From Azoarcus sp. (GTDB taxonomy: Bacteria > Pseudomonadota > Gammaproteobacteria > Burkholderiales > Rhodocyclaceae), in assembly GCA_030656215.1 (NCBI GenBank), contig JAUSOD010000091.1:104356-168355 (forward strand): a DNA stretch of 64,000 nucleotides. The letters run 5' to 3'. Position numbers and translations under genes: made by a program. Below the pieces are notes generated by a model. That model ran no database searches and was not told where the DNA came from. It saw only the letters and a program-made list of their open reading frames with translations. Below, in pieces: positions 60,663 through 64,000 of the stretch (position 1 is its first letter; each line of letters begins with the position of its first letter).

Positions 60663-61393
60663 GCGGCGATCTCAGCGAGATCTGGGTCTATCTCTCAACC
60701 ACCCCGCTGCTCGGCCTCACCCTCACCCTGATCGCCTACCAGGCCGCGTTCTGGATTTACAAACGCCTCGACTTCCACCCGCTGGCAAACCCGGTACTGC
60801 TTGCGGTGGCCATGCTCGCCGGTGTCTTGCTGCTCACCGGCACGCCATACGCGACCTATTTCGACGGCGCCCAGTTCGTCCACTTCCTGCTCGGCCCCGC
60901 CACCGTGGCGCTCGCCATCCCGCTCCATGCCCAATGGCCCAAACTCAAGGCCATGGCCGGGCCGCTGACGCTCAGTCTCTTTGCCGGATCGCTCACCGCC
61001 GCACTGTCGGCTTATGCCATTGGCGCCGCACTCGGGGCAAGCCGTGAGTCATTGATGTCGCTCGCCCCCAAGAGCGTGACCACCCCGATCGCGATGGGCG
61101 TGGCCGAACGCCTCGGCGGGTTGCCCTCGCTCACCGCGGTGCTGGTGATCATCACCGGCATACTGGGCGCGGTCGGCGCGCGCTACATCTACCAGTGGCT
61201 CCGCATCGAGGATCACGCCGTGCGCGGCTTCGCCATCGGCATCGCCTCGCACGGCATCGGCACCGCGCGCGCGTTTCAGGTCAGCGAGCAGGCCGGCGCC
61301 TTTGCCGCCCTTGCGATGGGACTGAACGGACTCGTCACCGCCCTGTCTCTGCCGTGGATCATGCCTTGGGTCGAGGCCCTGCTGAAACGCTGA
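60659..61393 (+). CDS. LrgB/CidB family membrane protein
   Basis: LLGPATVALAIPL, LAPKSVTTPIAM, SHGIGTARA, MGLNG. Confidence 0.93.
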   Translation: MSGDLSEIWVYLSTTPLLGLTLTLIAYQAAFWIYKRLDFHPLANPVLLAVAMLAGVLLLTGTPYATYFDGAQFVHFLLGPATVALAIPLHAQWPKLKAMAGPLTLSLFAGSLTAALSAYAIGAALGASRESLMSLAPKSVTTPIAMGVAERLGGLPSLTAVLVIITGILGAVGARYIYQWLRIEDHAVRGFAIGIASHGIGTARAFQVSEQAGAFAALAMGLNGLVTALSLPWIMPWVEALLKR

Positions 61394-61438
61394 ACACAGC
61401 GTCGGTGGCCCCGACGACACACACCCCCGAAGGACACC

Positions 61439-63067
61439 TTGATGCTGAGTGCCGCAAGCCGCTGGATAGATCGCACCATCTTCGAACTGGGCCGCGAAAT
61501 GCGGCTGTCCTACCTGCCGCCGCTGATGGTGTATTGCGCCGCAGGCGTTTCCGGGCTCACCGGCATCGTCGGCACCTTTTTCATCAAGGATTACCTCGAC
61601 CTGTCCGCCGCCTTTCTGGCCGCGCTCGGCTTCTGGGCCGGCATCCCGTGGGCACTGAAGATGCCGATCGGACACCTGGTCGATTTGCTGTGGCGCTACA
61701 AGAGCGGCCTGGTCTATCTCGGTGCCAGCCTGATCGCCGCCAGCCTGCTGATCATGATCGGCCTGATCGGCAGCCCCGACGCAATGCGCGCGGTGATGCC
61801 GGTGGAGGCGTGGTTCGTGCTGTCGGTGCTGTTGTCGCCGGTCGGCTACGTGATGCAGGATGCGGTGGCCGACGCGATGACGGTCGAGGCCGTGCCGCGC
61901 ATAGACGAAGCCGGCCAGCCGATCGGCGCCGACACCATCCGCCTGATGCACACCACGATGCAGATGCTCGGCCGGGTTGCGATCATCGGCGGCAGCGTGC
62001 TGGTGTCGCTGGCCAACGTGGCGATGTTTCAGGGCGCGGAGCTGCTGCCGGAAGCGGAGAAGGTGGCGATCTACGTGCGTATCTACGAATACGCGCTGAT
62101 CATTCCATTGCTCTCGGTCAGCGGTGTGCTGCTCGGCGGCGTGCTCAAACGACGCGAGGCCCGACGGCTTGCCGGACTCGGCCATAGTCGCACCGAGATC
62201 AACCGCCTCGTGCACGACGCGGAGGAAAAAACCGCTCCCAACTGGTGGATCCTTGGCGGCAGCGCCGCCTTCATCGCGCTCACGCTCAGCGTGGGCCTGT
62301 CCGGCATTGCCTACGGACAGGAGATCATCTTCGTTGGCTCGTTCAGCGTGATTGCGCTGATGATGAAGAAGCTGCTGCGCGAGCTCTCACCCGAGGCATC
62401 GCGCACCCTGCTCGGCACCGCCATCGTGATCTTCATCTTCCGCGCCATGCCCAGCAGCGGCGCCGGATCGGGCTGGTGGATGATCGATCAGCTCGGCTTC
62501 GATCAGTCCTTCCTGTCCAAGCTCGACCTCATCACCAGCCTGCTCACGCTGGCGGGTCTGTTCCTGTTCCGCCGCTTCATGGCCGAGAAGTCGATCGCCA
62601 ACATCATCATCTTTCTGACCGTGGCCTCGACCCTGTTGTCCTCGCCCATCATCGGCATGTTCTACGGCCTGCATGAATGGACCGCAGCGATGACCGGCGG
62701 AATCGTCGACGCCCGCTTCATCGCCATCGCCAACACCGCGCTCGAGTCCCCGCTCGGACAGGTTGCGATGGTGCCGATGCTGGCGTGGATTGCAAATTCG
62801 GCGCCGTCCCACCTCAAGGCTACCTTCTTCGCGGTGATGGCCTCCTTCACCAACCTTGCGCTGTCGGCCTCGCAGCTCGGCACCAAGTACCTCAACCAGA
62901 TCTTCACCATCACCCGGGAGGTGAAGGACGCCACCAGCGGGCTGGTAAAAACGCAAGCTGACTACAGCGAACTCGGCCTGCTGCTGCTGACGGTGACCGC
63001 GCTGGGATTAAGCCTGCCACTGATGGCGATCTGGATGACGCGAAGAATGGGCTTGCGCAGTGCATGA
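61439..63067 (+). CDS. BT1-like (folate/biopterin transporter family) MFS permease
   Basis: PWALKMPIG, QDAVADAMTVE, ATFFAVMASFTNL; about 12 hydrophobic segments. Confidence 0.75.
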   Translation: MMLSAASRWIDRTIFELGREMRLSYLPPLMVYCAAGVSGLTGIVGTFFIKDYLDLSAAFLAALGFWAGIPWALKMPIGHLVDLLWRYKSGLVYLGASLIAASLLIMIGLIGSPDAMRAVMPVEAWFVLSVLLSPVGYVMQDAVADAMTVEAVPRIDEAGQPIGADTIRLMHTTMQMLGRVAIIGGSVLVSLANVAMFQGAELLPEAEKVAIYVRIYEYALIIPLLSVSGVLLGGVLKRREARRLAGLGHSRTEINRLVHDAEEKTAPNWWILGGSAAFIALTLSVGLSGIAYGQEIIFVGSFSVIALMMKKLLRELSPEASRTLLGTAIVIFIFRAMPSSGAGSGWWMIDQLGFDQSFLSKLDLITSLLTLAGLFLFRRFMAEKSIANIIIFLTVASTLLSSPIIGMFYGLHEWTAAMTGGIVDARFIAIANTALESPLGQVAMVPMLAWIANSAPSHLKATFFAVMASFTNLALSASQLGTKYLNQIFTITREVKDATSGLVKTQADYSELGLLLLTVTALGLSLPLMAIWMTRRMGLRSA

Positions 63068-63112
63068 GCGCATGAAGCCCCGGCTTCTTCTCAATTACAC
63101 CACCTCAGCCAA

Positions 63113-63208
63113 GCCCGATGTGTGGGGTGTTTGCGCAGTGGGCGAGGACTGTCCGAGCCCGCAGGGCGAGTTCCGCAGCCCACGGAGCAAATGCCCCACA
63201 CATCGGGC
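63113..63208. repeat. Shorter hairpin element related to copies 1 and 2 (copy 3)
   Basis: 22-bp stem GCCCGATGTGTGGGGTGTTTGC/GCAAATGCCCCACACATCGGGC; core GAGCCCGCAGGGCGAGTT identical (18 nt) to copy 1. Confidence 0.8.
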
Positions 63209-63247
63209 GGCGCGCAGCACCGCCCGTCGTGCGATACCCGGGAATTA

Positions 63248-63739
63248 TCAGGCCGAGGTACGAACTGCCGACGCGCTCGACTGACCGCTCGGGATCGATG
63301 CGTTCTCGAGGTAGAGCTGCACCGACTGGCTGGTTGCAGCCGTGGCGGAATCCGGCCGCTGATCGGATTGGGTCTGGGCGGTGGAAACACCGCGTGCCTC
63401 GGCAGACGCATTCTGTGCCTGCTGCGCACGTGCCGGATCGGCAGCGGGGCCCGGCGTAGCGACGGACGATACGATTTGTGCCGTTGCAGCCACCTCGGCC
63501 GGCGCAGTCACCGGCGCCGCCTGTGCGGTTTCGGGCGGGATCGCGGAGCTGGCGGAGGTTTCGAGTCGTGCCGCCTGTTCTGCTGCCCGACCCTGCGCAC
63601 TGATGCTGACCTGCACCCCGGGCGCGGCTTCGGGCGCACCAGATACACGCGGCGTTTCCAGGCCATTCTGGCGCGGGGGCGAGCGGGGGGACTGCAGGGC
63701 AGTGGTATCAGCGGCGGGAAGCCGCATCGAGGTGTCCAT
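63248..63739 (-). CDS. Low-complexity Ala/Ser/Pro/Thr-rich hypothetical protein
   Basis: ATG with GGAGAG SD, 14 bp after the RND stop; probably disordered. Confidence 0.65.
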   Translation of the reverse strand: MDTSMRLPAADTTALQSPRSPPRQNGLETPRVSGAPEAAPGVQVSISAQGRAAEQAARLETSASSAIPPETAQAAPVTAPAEVAATAQIVSSVATPGPAADPARAQQAQNASAEARGVSTAQTQSDQRPDSATAATSQSVQLYLENASIPSGQSSASAVRTSA

Positions 63740-63753
63740 GATGCTCTCCGATT

Positions 63754-64000
63754 TCAGACATCCGCCGTGGCGGGCAAGTCGCCAGTTACTTCGGGGACGA
63801 CTTGTTGGCGCTCACGACGTGCCAGCAAAGTATAGACCGTCGGCACCACAAATAGCGTGAAGAAAGTACCGATCAGCAAGCCACCGACGATCACCCAGCC
63901 GATCTGCTGCCGGCTTTCAGCCCCAGCGCCGGTCGCCAGTGCCAGCGGGATTGCACCCAGCACCATCGCCCCGGTGGTCATCAGGATTGGCCGCAGGCGC
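63754..64000 (-). CDS. RND efflux permease (AcrB family), C-terminal end only
   Basis: RLRPILMTTGAMVLGAIPLA...IVGGLLIGTFFTLFVVP; continues past the right edge. Confidence 0.93.
   Translation of the reverse strand, partial: RLRPILMTTGAMVLGAIPLALATGAGAESRQQIGWVIVGGLLIGTFFTLFVVPTVYTLLARRERQQVVPEVTGDLPATADV

Noticed and set aside
63815-63830. Minus-strand TGGCACG-N4-GAGC inside the RND 3' end as a sigma54 promoter for the downstream ORF
   Set aside because: Explained by codons (LARRE), and the -12 element lacks TTGC.
1-64000. tRNA, rRNA, CRISPR arrays, prophage, intact transposases, defence systems
   Set aside because: None recognised; apart from the VapBC pair and IS5 scars the window is core-like.

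Overview
GC-rich betaproteobacterial chromosome segment, most consistent with Rhodocyclaceae (Thauera/Azoarcus/Aromatoleum-like; inferred from gene content and order). It is mostly core housekeeping: murI, tyrS, erpA, argC, rpsI-rplM, coq7, rppH, proS, tldD-nitrilase-yhdP, glnE, mnmA-nudJ, ilvE, pmm/pgm, alaS, dinB, DAHP synthase, msrPQ, mog, yjgA, pmbA. I saw no tRNA, rRNA, CRISPR array, prophage or intact IS. The most interesting signals are small and mostly non-coding. (1) A complete sigma54 enhancer module: a receiver-less GlrR-type activator sits divergent from a bactofilin gene, with a -24/-12 promoter and TGTC-N10-GACA sites between them. (2) A head-less, HD-dead paralogue of tRNA CCA-adding enzyme lies behind a sigma54-type promoter. 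(3) Three dispersed long nested-hairpin elements have conserved loops and freely co-varying stems. (4) An anti-Shine-Dalgarno sRNA upstream of rplM has its own promoter, overlapped by a DnaA box. (5) There is an uncharacterised DUF1538/PII-like/CBS operon. (6) Two IS5-transposase scars bracket a DUF3280-like gene. All family assignments come from motif recognition by eye; no searches were run.
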